Assembly (NCBI GenBank): GCA_013239625.1
Contig: MU053881.1
Coordinates: forward strand, 16,732,373-16,796,372
Source: Lama guanicoe
Lineage: Eukaryota
Length of the DNA stretch: 64,000 nucleotides
Reading direction: 5' to 3'
Both the position numbers and the translations under genes were made by a program. Below are positions 36,093 to 49,725 of this stretch, piece by piece; position 1 is the stretch's first letter, and each line of letters opens with the position of its first letter. A model generated the notes under the pieces. The model was given only the letters and a program-made list of their open reading frames with translations, was not told the DNA's origin and searched no databases.

Positions 36093-36726
36093 ATGTTGAG
36101 CATGTTATCAGTGAGGCAGCTGAGGGGCAGCAGAAAGGCTCTCTCGGGATTGGAGGGGCTGGGTTGAAAGGTCCCAGTGCCACCCACACCTAGCTGGTCT
36201 CCATGCCCCTGTGCCAAGGCTCTGCTCACCATCTCTCCCCACAGTCTGCCTTCCACCCTGCTGCAGGTGACGTAAGCCCTAAACTCAAGATCTGTTGAAA
36301 ACCCATCACTGCTGCCGCCCAGCATTTGAAGTCTCTGATCTGGCCCCCGCTGACCCTGGGAACTGAGATCCTATCTTCGCCCACGGCACCATGCTTGGAA
36401 AGGCTCGGCCCTGTTTCTTGGACTAATTCCTTTTCATCTTCTAGCTCTCAGGTCAGACTTGACTTTATTCAACAGCAACTGTCGACTGTTGGGCGCTGCC
36501 ATGGGCAGCGTATGCAGTGGCGGACAAGACCAGCTCCCCTGCCTTAGGGAGCTCACATGGTATGTGGGAGATGGAAATCACACAGGGACACAGATCAGCA
36601 TGAGTCCCAGTAGTGGTGAGTAATGAGAGGGAAGAGGTGGGGCGAGTGGTGGAGGGGTGTTCTGATGGTGATATCTGAGCAGAGGCCTCGTGGAGCAAGG
36701 GAGTGAGGCCAGGGACGGTCCAGGGG

Positions 36727-37169
36727 CTGTGGTCAGCAGAGTAACTGCCCCCAAGGATGTCCATGCCTTCATCCCTGGCACCTGTGAATTGAATCTCTGA
36801 CATGGCAGGAGGGACTGTGCAGATGTGATCAAGATGAGGGGGGAGAGTGTCCTGGATCATTCAGGTGGGTCAGGAAGGAGCAGGGAGGATGGAAGCAGGC
36901 TCAGAGAGATGCTGAGAGGCTGGCTGGGAAGATGTAGGAAGGGGTCATGAGGCAAGGAATGCTGTGGCCTCTAGAAGCTTAACCAGGCAAGGAAACGGTC
37001 CTGCCCTGGAACTTCCAGCAAGGATGGCAGCCCTGCTGACACCCTGCTCTTGGCCTGGTGAGACCCACTTCCGACTTCTGACCTCCACATTAAGATAAGA
37101 AATGTGTATTGTTTAAATGGCTAAGTGTGTTCTGGGAGTTTGTTATGGCGGCCAGAGGAAACAAATGCA
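36727..37169 (+). mobile_element. MLT1D-like solo LTR
   Basis: TGTGGTCAGCAGAGTAACTGCCCCCAAGGATGTCCATG...GGCCTCTAGAAGCT...TTTGTTATGGCGGCCAGAGGAAACAAATGCA. Confidence 0.8.
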
Positions 37170-37511
37170 AGTGGAGAGCAGCCCAGGTAGAGGGGAAAGA
37201 AAAATCCAAACGAACCTGGGTGTTCAGGGAACAAGCAAAGGCCAGCATGGCGGGGCAAAGGGGAGGACAGAGAAGCAGCAGGTGACAAGATGGAGCAAGT
37301 GGCAGCAGGCAGAGCACAAGTGGGGTGGGCCCTGGGGGAGCCTGGCTTTCTGTGAGGCTCTTAAGAGAGGAGACAGAATACAGGGAGGTGGGGAAGGCAG
37401 AGCCAGGCACATCAGTGATGTAGGATGGATACAAACTCGCAGCCAGCAGAAACGAAAGTTCTGGAGAGCTAATGCACTGTGTGGTGATTCTAGTCGGTGA
37501 CACTGGACTGT

Positions 37512-38012
37512 GGCCATACCTCCACTTACTGCGCTTCATAGGTACTGTGTCTTCCACAACCTGAAGGTGTGTGGCAGCCCCATGTTGAGCAAGTCTATTT
37601 ACTGATGCCATTTTTCCAACTGCATCTGCTTACTTCGTGTCTCTGTGTCACATTTTGGTAATTCACACACTATTTCAAACTTTCCCATTGTATGTGTTAC
37701 AGTAATCTGTAACAGTAATCAGTGATCTTTGGTGTTACCATTGCAAAGAGATTATGACTTGCTCAGATGATGGTTAGCATTTGGCGGGAGGACAATAGAG
37801 TATCTTTAAATTAAGGTATGCACTTTTTCTTTTTCTTTTTTTTTTTTAGATATAATGCTGTTGTGGGTTTAATAGACCACAGTACAGTGTAGACAACTTT
37901 TATAGGCCAGGCACTGGGAAACCAGAAAATGCGTGTGACTTGCCTTACTATGATATTCACTTTATTGTGGTGGTCTGGAACCGAACCCACAGTATCTCCG
38001 AGGTAGGCTCGT
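37512..38012. mobile_element. Internally deleted Tigger1-type DNA transposon
   Basis: Both ends present (CATACCTC... and ...GGTCTGGAACCGAACCCACAGTATCTCCGAGGTAGGC); no transposase ORF. Confidence 0.85.
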
Positions 38013-39307
38013 ATAAACGTCAAAGCCGCTGAGAGACTAGACCTTAATTGTTCTCAACACGAGTACAAAAGTGATGTTTATGGGACGTGACAGAGGTTTT
38101 AGCTAACGCCATGGCGGTAATTGCACTGCAACACACAAATACCAAACCAACATGCTGTACGCCTCAAACTTCCACAATACCGCGTGTCGACTATACTAAA
38201 AAAAAAGAAGACCCATATAAAATGTATGGGGCTGAAACTCTGAACATAAACAAAGGTGGGAGGAAATGGATGGAATTTAACTGTTGGTGATTTGCCACTG
38301 AGGCAACAGAGAAAGAGAAATTGTGAGGATTATAGCTGAGTCAGCGCTTCACCATCCAAGCCTGGGAAGGATACAGCGCATTCTGGAGGTGACCAACAGG
38401 CCTCCATCAAAAGCCCAGGCACAGTGTCGCCGTGATGCTCAGGGTAACTCCCAGTGGGTGAAACTGAGTCAGAAGGATTGTTAAGAATTAAAATTCTACT
38501 ATTATACTGAAGAGGAAAGAATTCTAAGAAAACTACAATTTTAAGAAAAAGTTTTGTAAAATGTCAGCTTATGTGGGCTATTTTCCATTTTGGCTAAAGA
38601 ACTGCTATTAAATCAGTCGATCACATGCCTTGCAATTCAATTCACAGCATCTTAGAACTATGAAAATAATGCTTGTTTTAAATCAGACGTCAACTACTTG
38701 AACGGCGTTTTGTATTATATGCGCAGCCTTGTATGACCAGATGCAGAACAAGTCACAAATGGAGTGCTTCACGCTCTCACATCAGAAAACAGGGAGCATT
38801 GCTGGGTGGGAAAAGAGTGGTTGATGGAGCAGAGGCTCTGGAGCAAGACTCACACCAACATTTAGGTGCTAAACACGCCCAAAATATAGCCAAGCATTCA
38901 GACTCCACCAAGAAAGCACTAGCCCCGCCGCATGCTGGGGACTGTGAAACTGCTCACGTGGTAAACAAAACAGCCGGAAATGAATGACAGGGCGGGTGGG
39001 AAGGGTTTCAGGCCTCAGAGCCCCAGGACCCACCAAAGCTTGTCACAACCTGCAGAATTTGGGGCTGGAAGGAAAAAAAAGGCGATCAACCTGCCAGATT
39101 CGTCAGGACGGGAAGCCAGTGGCTGTCAGAGGCCTTGCTGGGGGCCTCAGAGCATGGAATCTTGGCCCCCTTCCCAGCCAGGCCATGCGAGGTCCAGCCA
39201 GGCCCTGAGAAGCAGTACTTGCCCAGGGATGCATTACATCACTGAGGGTGATGCCAGCCGGGTCCAACAGGGGTGCACGCAGGGATCTGGGAAGGACGCA
39301 CACTCAC

Positions 39308-39358
39308 CAATTTTTTATCCATTTTTGCTTTGATGTCTCTGGCGAGAGTGAAAAATGC
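39308..39358 (-). CDS. RAB8A: RAB8A exon 7 (AFFTLARDIKAKMDKKL)
   Basis: ctgcag|GCA...TTG|gtgag; 51 nt. Confidence 0.97.
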
Positions 39359-40799
39359 CTGCAGAATAAGCACACAGTCAGTATCCCTGGAGTGGGAAGC
39401 AGATGGGGGCCTGCTGGTTCCTGTTCCCCGCTGTGCAGTGGGCATGGCTCAACAGCGGGGCCAGTCGGGGAAAGTTTTAGGACAGAGACCTGGCACAGGT
39501 CTCACCTGTCCAGCCCCATCTCCCGCCCCTACTGGGGTACCCTCACCCACCCAGACCACCACTTCCCCTGAGCCAATGACACTGGGAGGTGGGATCACCC
39601 TCAACTGGTCAGAGAGGAAACTGAGGCTTGGAGGGGCCAACTGACTTGTTCCAAGGCACCCAGTGGCTATCTCTGTCCCTGACCCCTGTGCTCTGCCGGC
39701 CCACTTTGCCCCTCTTCTGAGAGTCAGGGGCAGGGCAGAAACATAAGCGGCTCTTTGGCTAAGCAAGCTTCATTTTGGGTCCTTGTCCAGTAGGAAGGCC
39801 TCAAAGGCCTGGCAGGTGGGGTGGAAGGTTCATCTTCCCCAGGTCGGCAAAGGATCAAGCGGGCCTGACCCCGGGCTGTTGCCTCTGTCCCAGTCTCCTG
39901 GCCATTTCCTCCCTTCCCTCAACTGGACAGTACTTAGAAACCCGACTCTGACACAACCCTGCCCTGGGCCCCAGAGAGATGAATCGTCCTCAGCATTTCT
40001 TCCTGGTCTGGTGAGAGGCAGTCAGCAAACAGCCCTGTGAAGTCTGGCCATGGAGGGTGGCTCAGGATGCTGGGGATGCCCAAAGTGGTGGGCCTAAGGG
40101 TCTGGGGGATGGCAGGGGCTTTTGGGGGGAGGGGCGACACAGGCTGGGCCCTGATGGGAAAGGGAGCGTGTGTGTGGGAGGGGACAGGACAATGGAAAAG
40201 GCTTAGAGGAGGGTGGCAAAGGTGGCCAGGAATGGCGAGCGGTGGGTGAGGCCCGAGGCACACGCTGCTTGGGGCCAGCTGGGGGGGGCCCTCTGTGCCA
40301 TGCGTAGGGGCCTGAGGTCGGGAGTGGTGTGGAAGATCTGTTTTGGAAAGATTGCTGGGCGGGAGGTGGGGGGAATGGAGGAGAAGGCAGGTCAGCTGCC
40401 GGGCTGGTGTGGCTAGAGAGGAGAGGAAGCCTGGGCCGAGGCTCAGTCAGGGCCCCCTACTCTGCCTGGGCTGTGACTGGGGCCTGTCTGTGTGCATGGT
40501 GAGAATGAAAACACCAACCTGGAGCCAGGCCTGGGCACTAGCCAGCTGGGACTCTCTGAGCCTCAGTTTCCCCTCATGCAAAACTGTGCCTGCTCCCAGG
40601 GCTGTTCGAGAGCTAGCAAGATGAAGTCCTAGGTCAGAACATGGGGGCGACTCTCCCATGCTGCCTGGGCCTGGCGCGTGGCACTGCCCAAGAAGTGCCT
40701 CTCGGCAGGCCGTCCAGGAGGGCAGCTGGAGCCTGCACCAGTCCCTGAGGCGGAGCTTCTCTGAACCCCCTGGCCCCGAACCGTGGGCTTGGGACTCAC

Positions 40800-40865
40800 G
40801 TTCTCCACGTTGATGTTGGCCTTTGCGCTGGTTTCCATGAACTTGATTCCATAGTCCAGGGCCAG
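40800..40865 (-). CDS. RAB8A: RAB8A exon 6 (LALDYGIKFMETSAKANINVEN)
   Basis: cgcag|CTG...AAC|gtgag; 66 nt; G5 motif ETSAK. Confidence 0.97.
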
Positions 40866-41387
40866 CTGCGAGGGAGGGAGACACACATGAACATCAGCCA
40901 CCAGGTGTCCCTGACTCCTATGCAGCACCCAGAGTTGGGAACAATGAGGGGTGGGGCCTGCACCCTCTAGCAACCAGTGGAGAGCAGGTGGTGAGTGTTC
41001 CTGGCAGGAGGGTGGAGGGGGCCAGGCTCTGTTCTCTGCCCTCTGTGGCCTCAACGGGTCCCACGAAACACTGAGTGGGAGCAGAGCACATCCGAGGAGA
41101 CTTCACTGCTTTCAGTCTTTAGCCTGAAGCGTGGCTGGGCGAGGGCTTTCCACCTTCTCTTCTCATGGCACACGCCCCACTGGGGCAACCAATTTGCCCA
41201 GCAAAGTCCTGTGTCCCGGGACTCCCTCAGACATGGATGAGACAGGATGGCAGGTCTCCTTACGCTCATAAAGATTATGAGGGAGTCTCCCTAAAGCCCA
41301 GCCTCTCCATCCGTGAGCAATCTGGGGGTCCTCTGGGGCAGGGCAGGGCTGACCTGCCCCGTGGCACCCAGCGGCCACCATGCCCAC

Positions 41388-41477
41388 CTTCTCTCCCCGT
41401 TCCCTGGAAACTTGTCTCTTGTCGTTCACGTCGCACTTGTTCCCGAGTATCATCTTTTCGACATCTGCGGAGGCGTG
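41388..41477 (-). CDS. RAB8A: RAB8A exon 5 (HASADVEKMILGNKCDVNDKRQVSRERGEK)
   Basis: ttgcag|CAC...AAG|gtggg; 90 nt; G4 motif NKCD. Confidence 0.97.
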
Positions 41478-43075
41478 CTGCAAGGAGAGGGGCAGACGGG
41501 GCAGGTGAGAGGTGAGGTCAGACCGGACAACTTGTAGACCGTCCCCCAAGATCAGAGCGGCGGGTCAGGGCTGCTAGGCACGCCCTTACAGGCGACAAGC
41601 TGAAGTTCAGAGAGGCTGAGTGGCCCGTCCTATGTCACACAACCGATGTCAGGGCAGAGTTCAGGGTTCTGGCTGCTACTCTGACCAAGTGCATGCTCTC
41701 TGACTGCCAAGGACGGCCTCCCTGCCCGTCCCTGGGCTCCTGGCGGGCTCTGGCTTATGGGAGGCAAGCGAGGCTGGGATTCCCGTCTCTGCTCACCTCC
41801 CGTCCTCCCGGGCTCCTCTGCTGGAGGCCCCAGCTGCGGTCCCGGGACCTTCCATCCTGCTCTATCTCACTCTCTCTGGGCTCTGGAAACAGGCTGTGCC
41901 TGGGGTAGTCACAGCCTTTGGTCACTGGTCACCACCAGCCTTGGGTGCTTTGCCATCCCCTGGCATTTCCTGAAATCTGCCCTCTGCCTGAAAATGGCTC
42001 CCTCCTCCAAACCTCCCCTGCACTCCACCACAGTGGGCCTTGCTTCCCGAAGGACTGGGTCATCGGAAAGGCCCTTCTCACTGTAGCTCAGATCTGCTCT
42101 CTGGGAAAACATGTCCCACTCCTCCCTAATTTCCTACTGACCAGCAGGCCCTCTTGCCTACTGGCCAGAACAGAGCTTCCACAGAGCCTAGCGTGAGGTG
42201 AGCAGCTCCCCTCCTCAGCCTGGGCCCAGCCTCCTGTCAGCAAATGTGGGGTCACCGGGAGGCGGCCCAGTGCAGCTGCTCACAGATGCTGGCTGCGACC
42301 TGACCTTTGGCCCTGGCTTCACAGGTGGGTGAAGTTCTCAGACCCGAAGCCCCACCTGGTGAGTCATCCAAAGCCACAGGTGCATCGTCCAGGGAGGCCC
42401 TAGGGGCAAGGGGAAGCTCTCTGGAGAGTGGGAAGGGGACGGCACTGGCCCCTGGATGGGGAGGCCAGGCTGGCTGCCTTCTCTTCCCTCCTGGTTCAAG
42501 GTCTCCTTTCACAGGCAACTGCAGTTTGAGCATGGGGAGCTCACTCCACCTCACACCCTGCTCTCCTGTAGCTCAAAGTACAACTGACACCTCTCACCAC
42601 ACCCAGCAAATACAAAGGTCAACACCAATTCTAGAACCTTCCTTCTCTAGAAAGCACCAAATGCTCACAGTGACGAAGAGCCCAGATAGATATCCTCCAT
42701 TCGTGACCTCAATGTCACCCAAACCCAACAACCCAGCTGGGGAAATGGGCTCTCAGGGCTTCTCTGTGACAAGGCCAGGTCACCGATGTGACCTTTCACC
42801 CTCAGGCCAGACCCCACCACACCCGTGCTCACAGAGGAGCCTCGCTGGCTCCCTGCGGCCAGTAGGCTAAGTATGGCCACCTGCCTTGGCAGGCAGCGAG
42901 GGTTCCCGGCCCCCTCTGACAGTGCTCCCGGCTACAGGGCTCTTGGCAAGTTACCCATAGGTGTCTCTGTGCTCAGTGATCTCACATGTAAACCAGCGGG
43001 CTCCGGGGTGAGGACTGGGGAGAGGATGAGTGGGGGGGGGCGTTCCTGCAGGTGGCAGGGGCCTGCAAGTCTTAC

Positions 43076-43153
43076 CTCCTCAATGTTCCGAATCCAGTTC
43101 CGGATGTTGTCGAAGGACTTCTCGTTGGTGATGTCGTAGACCAGCATGATGCC
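43076..43153 (-). CDS. RAB8A: RAB8A exon 4 ([26 protein letters not shown])
   Basis: ctcag|GGC...GAG|gtaag; 78 nt. Confidence 0.97.
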
Positions 43154-46100
43154 CTGAGCAGGGGGAGACAGACACGTGCACTCTGGACGAGCTGCCAGCT
43201 CTCTGGCAGGGAGGCCCCAGCAAGGTGGGGCGGCAGGGACCCCGACAGGACAACCCTCCCCCGGGCCCTTCCTCCTGCTGGGCTCCAGCGCTTGCCTCTC
43301 CCTTGGGTCCCAGGCTCTAGTTCTGCTCCTTGGCCACCAATGTGACCCTCCTCCCTGGTGAACAGACCCCACCCCACCGGCGCTTACAGAGGAGGCTTGC
43401 TGGCTCCCTGCTGCCGGCAGGAAGAGCGCGGCCCACGCACCCGCAGCCAGCGAGGCCCCGGCGGCCAACCTCCCAGCCTCACATCCTGCAGCTCCCTGTT
43501 CCACAGGCGGCGTTCCACAGCTCTGACACCCACTGCGCTCCCCCTCGCACCAACGCTTTCCTGGGCTCGGCCTCTTCCACACCCTCACTCACCGCCCACC
43601 CCCGGCCCCTGGCCTGAGTTCCCTCCTGGGCTCGGCCAGCGCCGCCTTCTCTGGTAGCCCCATTGTCACCCCTCGTCTGGTGCCTACCATGTACTTCTCC
43701 CTGAAGCCTCACAGGCTGGGTCCGGTGGTCCCACTGTGAGAATGGGGAACCTGAGGCTGGGGGGTCGGGGGCTAGGTCCCTGTGTCCAGTCACCCAAGAC
43801 AGTAAAGGACACAACTGGGTCTGAGGCCAGGGGGGACAGATCCCATGGGGGAAGACCCACATGCCTTCCAGAGACCCCATCAGAGTGGGGGCTGGCTTCA
43901 AACACCAGGGCAGGCAATGCTGAGGCTTCCGGGGTTCCATATCCCATGTGTGAGCACCTGGGAGACGGTCCACAGGTCCTGAAATAGCTGCAGAGTAAAT
44001 CCGCCTCTGCATGAGCCCACGATCTTGCCAACACCCAAGAGAAAGGCAAATGTCCCCATTTGATTCAAGGGGAAACCGAGATGCAGAGAAGTGACCTTTA
44101 AGATTTAAGCCCAGCTCTGAAGGAACAGATGACACCGGTTCCCGTTAGGAACCTTCCTGGGTCCTCCTCAGGATCAAGCATGCTCAGGGCCACCCTTCAG
44201 TGGTCCCTGGACATCCCCATGGCAAGCCAGCCTGCAGCATTCTCGCAGGTCCCCATGCAGCTCAGCCCCTGGGCTCCGAGGCACGTGGTTCCAGCTGTCT
44301 GGCCCGGGGCCCAGCTTACTCCCTTCCCTCCCTCTACCTGCTCCCAGGGCCGAGTCCTCCGTCCACAAGCTCTAGTGATAGCCAAAGCGTCTCCGAGGCC
44401 ACCTGAATTCGCAGAGTAAGAGCTTAGGCTGTGTGTGATGGGAGATAACCACCAGGGCAGGGGAGTGACCAACCCACAGGCAGGGCAAGCGGGCCACTGC
44501 AATTCCAAACCCACACTGTGCCCTTGAGGATATACATGGTGGCCTTACAGCCTGTCACAAATGCCACCTGGGATCCCTCATTCAGTGGTCTCCTAGGGAG
44601 ACTGAATAGAGATAGCTGACGAGAGAACTCGGAAGAGCTTTCACTGGCTGTGATGTCTGCCACGCCCAGCCAAGGTCAGCCGAGGTACAGATGCTGGTGG
44701 GCAGACTCTGTGAGTTGAGCATCACTGGGGCCTCTGCCTAGTGCCCCTTGTCAGGGGCAAGAAAGGCCACAGGGCTGTGAGGCTTTTCTGCCCCTTTATC
44801 CAGGGACTGGCCCCTCTGATGGCCCAGGATTCCGCCGCCACCACCACCAGGTTGACACCACGTATGCAAGATTCCAAGGTCCCGGATTATTACCTATGGG
44901 GGGCTGGGGGCAGTGGGTAGAGCTATCAGGAAAGAGCAGAAGTCCCTGGAAAACATAGTGTCACTCCATTCTCGGCCCTCCCTGAAGCTCCCCCTGGGCT
45001 CCAAGTGACCATTTTCTTACCCGTCTGGGCACAGCTCCCCATATCTACCTGCAAACTCAAAACAGGACCCTGGACATTCGATGTTCCCCAAATTTGGGGA
45101 ACTAGACGCCAAGGGTCTAGTACCACAAGGACAAAGATGATGACAGGGCTGAACTAATGGCAATCTTTGCACTGTTCTGCACAGTTGCCACCACCCACAC
45201 AAGGTTGTGAGGGGATGTGACCTCGGGGCTGGGGTTCCTACCTTAACTGATTTAAATTCCAACAACCATACATGGCTAGCGGCTTCCTTATGCATTAGGC
45301 CAGGTCTAGGAGGATGCAATCATCTTGGGGCTGGATAGGGTCTTACGTATGGCTCAGTCCAGACTTGCTGGGGCTGGCTGAGGATGTGGGCACTAGAGAG
45401 ACACAGCCACTACTGGCCGAGACATCGACCCTCTGTGTGAACTGAAGCAGGGGCTGGAATGGCACTGACCCTCAGTTTCCTCATCTGTAAAATGGGGATA
45501 ACCATGGAATCCACTCTCAGGAGTTTATGGCCAAGACCTGGGCCCAGTGCCTTCAGCAGGGAAGGGCTGGGTGAAGGGGGTTGGGGGTGATTTTTCAGCC
45601 CAGAGAGGGATGGGGTCTACCTGAAGCCACACAGCAGAAGCTCCCCCAGGACCCCAGAGCCCCTGCCCCACCAGAGCACAGCAAGGTGAGGGAAAAATTA
45701 GCAAATTAATTTTAATGAGGAGAACTAAGGTTGCAACCCACACGATTGAGTTTCTATTATGTTCAGACACCATGTGGGATGCTCTAAATACTTAATGCCT
45801 CTATTCATTTCTGCCGTTCACCAGCAGTTCCTACTGCATACTCAGCGTGGTCCCAGGCATCAGGTGTGTAGCAGGGACACAGCCCTCCTGGAGCTTATGC
45901 CTAGTGGAGGAAACAGGTGTCTATGCAGTTGATCGAGGGGGCGTGGCACGTAAGGGATGGGGCATGCTGGGAGCTGAAATTGGGGAGACGGCCATCCACC
46001 CTCCTAGCTGCCTGGATGTACCCCTGTTCTCTGTTCCGCTTTCAGAGGGTGACCCAGGGGCTCAGCCAGGTCCTGGGAACCTACCTCCCATTCTTGGCAG

Positions 46101-46712
46101 TCCCTGGGCACCCTACTCCATTCACACCTCACAGGTGCATGACCTGCTCGGGGACCTTGGGGGCAGGGCCCTGGCCCATTCTGGGGACCCTGTGTGTATT
46201 ATTCAGGCCTGGCCTGGAGAAGGGGCTCAGTAAAAATGTCTGAGAGATGACAGACGAGTCTTCCTATCACATCACCCGCCTCAGGCCCAGGCAACAAATG
46301 TTAATGGCCAACCAGCCCAGAGCAAGTCAGCTCCTGGACGATCTTCCAAGTTTTTGGTAGCAAATTCCAGAGACCGACGGGGGCCACCTGAGTGCTCTTA
46401 AGTGTCGGGGCATGTCGGCTCCGATTTCACTGACCTCACCCAGAAGAACCGGCTTCCTGTGTCTTCCTTCATTCCTAGAGAATTAGGTTTCCTTAAACCC
46501 TGCATTGTCCCTGAAGCCAGAAGGGGATGTATGGATGAAGAGGTGGAGGTGGGGCACACAGCCTTTTCCCAAAACTAACTCAGAACCAAGGACCCCTGAA
46601 GAGCCAGAGCACGGGCTCCTTAGAAACACTCAGATTTTGGTATCCAAGTCAGTGATGTTCATTTTGACTTTAAAAAAAAAAAAAAGACAACCCCCCTAAA
46701 GCCAATCCATAC

Positions 46713-46773
46713 CATCGCGCCCCTGTAGTAAGCCGTTGTGATCGTCCGAAACCGTTCCTGACCAGCTGTGTCC
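46713..46773 (-). CDS. RAB8A: RAB8A exon 3 (DTAGQERFRTITTAYYRGAM)
   Basis: tttag|G...ATG|gtatg; 61 nt; G3 motif DTAGQ and switch II. Confidence 0.97.
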
Positions 46774-48614
46774 CTAAAGATGACAAGAAGGGGTGTTAGT
46801 GATACAGAATGAGAACAGTCGTCACAGTGAGAACGAGGGGCCTTTACCCATGATGGACGCCCAGCTTTCTCATGGGTCACCTCCTGATTCACTGTCCTGC
46901 TGTGGGGCACCCCAATCCCTGCATTATTACAGAGACGGAAACTGAGGCTTGGGCGCGTGTCTGATGTCTCCTGGCTGGGGATGCGGCAGAACCACGAGGT
47001 CTCTTCCACACCTTGGCTCCCTGGGAATCTCCCCGGAGTCTCTGGGCCCCGTAAGAGCCAAGGGTGGATGTTATTATTTGTGAAAATCTGGGTCCTCCGG
47101 TGTGGGAGGGGCTGGTCAAGTGACATGGAAACACAGCCCTCACCGGTGGGCTGAGCCGGGTGAGATCGGTGGGGCTTGGGAAGCACTTCCACACTCGCCA
47201 TCTCGGTGGGGGCCAAGGGGAGAGTCCTTCTACCTCAGTAAGGAGGCGACACCTGGTAAGACATGCCCAGCTCTTGGAAGGGAGTGTGTTCAGTTTGGTT
47301 TAAAGGTGACTTAACTGATTGATGGTGGAGCCAGGGTAAGACCATGTCTTTTGTCTCTGGGCCCAAGGTTCCTCCTGTGACCCTGCATCACCCTCTGTGC
47401 CGGGCTCTGCATATCTGGACTATACAGAAGCCCCTCGTTTGGGGCTCAGTTGACTTTCTGCCGCCAAGAGCAGGTGAAGTCAGTGGTTATGAAGTTATTT
47501 TACAGCTGTTTTAGAAGAGTTTTAAGAGAGTCATTGACCCCACTGCGAGTGCTGAGAGCAGAAGCAGGGAGACAGGAGGATAGGAAAGCAAAACTTCTGC
47601 CTGCTGGTACAGTGTCACTTTGGACTTGGGCACCGAGGCTGCCAGGGAGCCAACGTGTTGGAAAGAGAGGAACCGCTATGGCTTGGAACTTACAAGGTGG
47701 CCAGAGACTGGCTGCCTCCGGAGCTCGGTAGGATCGGTTGGCCACACCCAGATTTCGATTTGAAGTCAGGTTCAGAGGTGGATACCACTGAAGTTGAGGG
47801 CCCCCCCACCCCAGGCAGGCAGGCCAAGGCGCACACTTTGAGGCTTGAGTTGGAGAGGTGAGCTGCAGGGAGGGAGGCCTCCCCTCCCACTCATGGGTGC
47901 TCCCCTGGACCAGAGGGACTGGCTACCCTTCCAAATATGACTTCTCTTACTTCTGCTCGGGGCTTGTGTGTCCCTGCAGGTGACGTGGCTGCAGGGCAGG
48001 ACCCTCCCACATCTGAGCACAGTGGGCTGCAGACCAGAGCCTATGTCCAGGACGGGGACTCACAAACTCTCTTATTTTATGTGGCGTAAGAAGTCAGCCC
48101 TAGGTGAGTGGAATGGAAACGGGTCTTGCCATTGGGCCTAGCCTTGGCTTATTTTCGGTTCTGGGGTTTCAGGTCTGTGTGTTAGGAAGTGAGGCCTGGG
48201 CTGCCCCAGGGGAGGAAAGAGGAAGTGATGCCAGGCCTTCGGCAAGCTGATAGGCTCAGGGGGGCTCAGGGGGGCTTAGGGGGGAACTGCCGGGCTGGGG
48301 CATCTTGCTACCTCGGCAGCCCTCACCGCGGCCAGGCAGAGGGCTCGCTCCACGATCAGTGGGAGCAGGCCGCTCTGAAGCCCGCATGCTGAGTTAACTG
48401 GGACCGGGAGTCCTGTCCCTGAAGGGGCTGACAGACTCTCATCCCCAGCAGCCAGCAGGGCACAGTTCCTGGGGCTTCTGAAGAAAGCCCGATGTGCCTG
48501 GGCTGGCCACCAAGGGACGGAGGCTGTGGTCACAGGGAGAGGGGAGGGGTCACTAGGGGCTTCAGGCTCAAAGTACCTGCTGGGGGAGGGGCTGCCAAAG
48601 GCAACAGCTCTTAC

Positions 48615-48675
48615 CATATCTGTAGTTTAATTCTCTTGCCATCGAGCTCTATGGTCCGAATTTTAAAGTCAATTC
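48615..48675 (-). CDS. RAB8A: RAB8A exon 2 ([21 protein letters not shown])
   Basis: tttcag|GA...TG|gtaag; 61 nt. Confidence 0.97.
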
Positions 48676-49297
48676 CTGAAAGACAAGGAATAAAAGGAAA
48701 AAAGGGGTATCACGGTCAGCCCACTTCTCAAGCTGTGTCTTGGCTGGTGCTGCCAACCCGGGCGGGTGACAGCTGCCACGGTTTACGGAGTACCTGTGGG
48801 GTGCTGGGCATGTGGGATCTCTGAATCCCTCACATAGGTCTGGAGGCACCTGAGAACTTTCTCCTCTCACTGCAGGGGAGGCTGGGCAAACTCAGAGAGT
48901 GCAGACGCCAAAACCTTGTTCTTGTCCCGCAAGCCACACCTGACCCTCCAAGCGCACTGGGCATGGGGCCCGGAGAGGCACCTGATGCAGGCAGGCCTCT
49001 AGCATCTGCAAGTGTTGTTCTCTCTCCGGAGGTGGTCCCTACCCTGCCTGCTGTCAGCCTGGTGAACTTCTCCTCCTTTGAGACCTGCCAGAAGGTCACC
49101 TCCCCAAAAGCCATCTGGACCCTGCCCTCCTCCGCTCCACGCTCTTGCTTTAGTCCCCTCTCCCCAGGACCAGGGCGACCTCTCAGCCTCATTGCCTGTT
49201 CTCCAGGCTCCCACTGTTGTCCCCTCAATCTCCTTTCCAGCTTCCAAAATGCAACCTTAACCATGTCACCAAGCTAACCTCTGCTCCAGACCTTCTG

Positions 49298-49725
49298 GTG
49301 TGTCCAATGGATGAATGGATAAACAAAATGTGGTCCACCCCTACAATGGAATACTACCCAGTCATAAAGAAGGAGGAAGCTCCGACACACGCTACAACAT
49401 GGATGAACCTTGAAAATATAACACTGAGTGAGAGAAGCCAGACATGGAAGGTCACACCATATATAATTCTATTCATATGAAATTTCCAGAATAGGCAAAT
49501 CAGGAGAGACAGAAAGGAGACCAGTGGTTGCCAGAGGGTGTGGGGGAACGAGGAGATTGGTGGGACTGACTCAGGGGACTCTGGGGTCTTTTTGTCACAG
49601 TTAAAATGTTCTGGAATTGACATTGGTGATGGTCACAGAGCTCTGTGAATATACTTGAGGCCACTGACTTGTACACTTTAAATGGATGAGCTGAATTATA
49701 ACTCAACAAAACTCGTAAAAAAAGA
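49298..49725 (+). mobile_element. L1MB-like 3'-end fragment
   Basis: GGATGAATGGATAAACAAAATGTGG...ACATGGATGAACCTTGAAAA...GTACACTTTAAATGG. Confidence 0.82.

Noticed and set aside
35600..36193. 197-aa Pro/Ser/His-rich ORF
   Set aside because: It is a translation of a (CCAT)n simple repeat, antisense within RAB8A intron 7.
42252..44514. Several 100-218 aa ORFs in RAB8A introns
   Set aside because: Only the 78-nt exon 4 is recognisable; the rest is GC-rich intron read-through with no domain signature.
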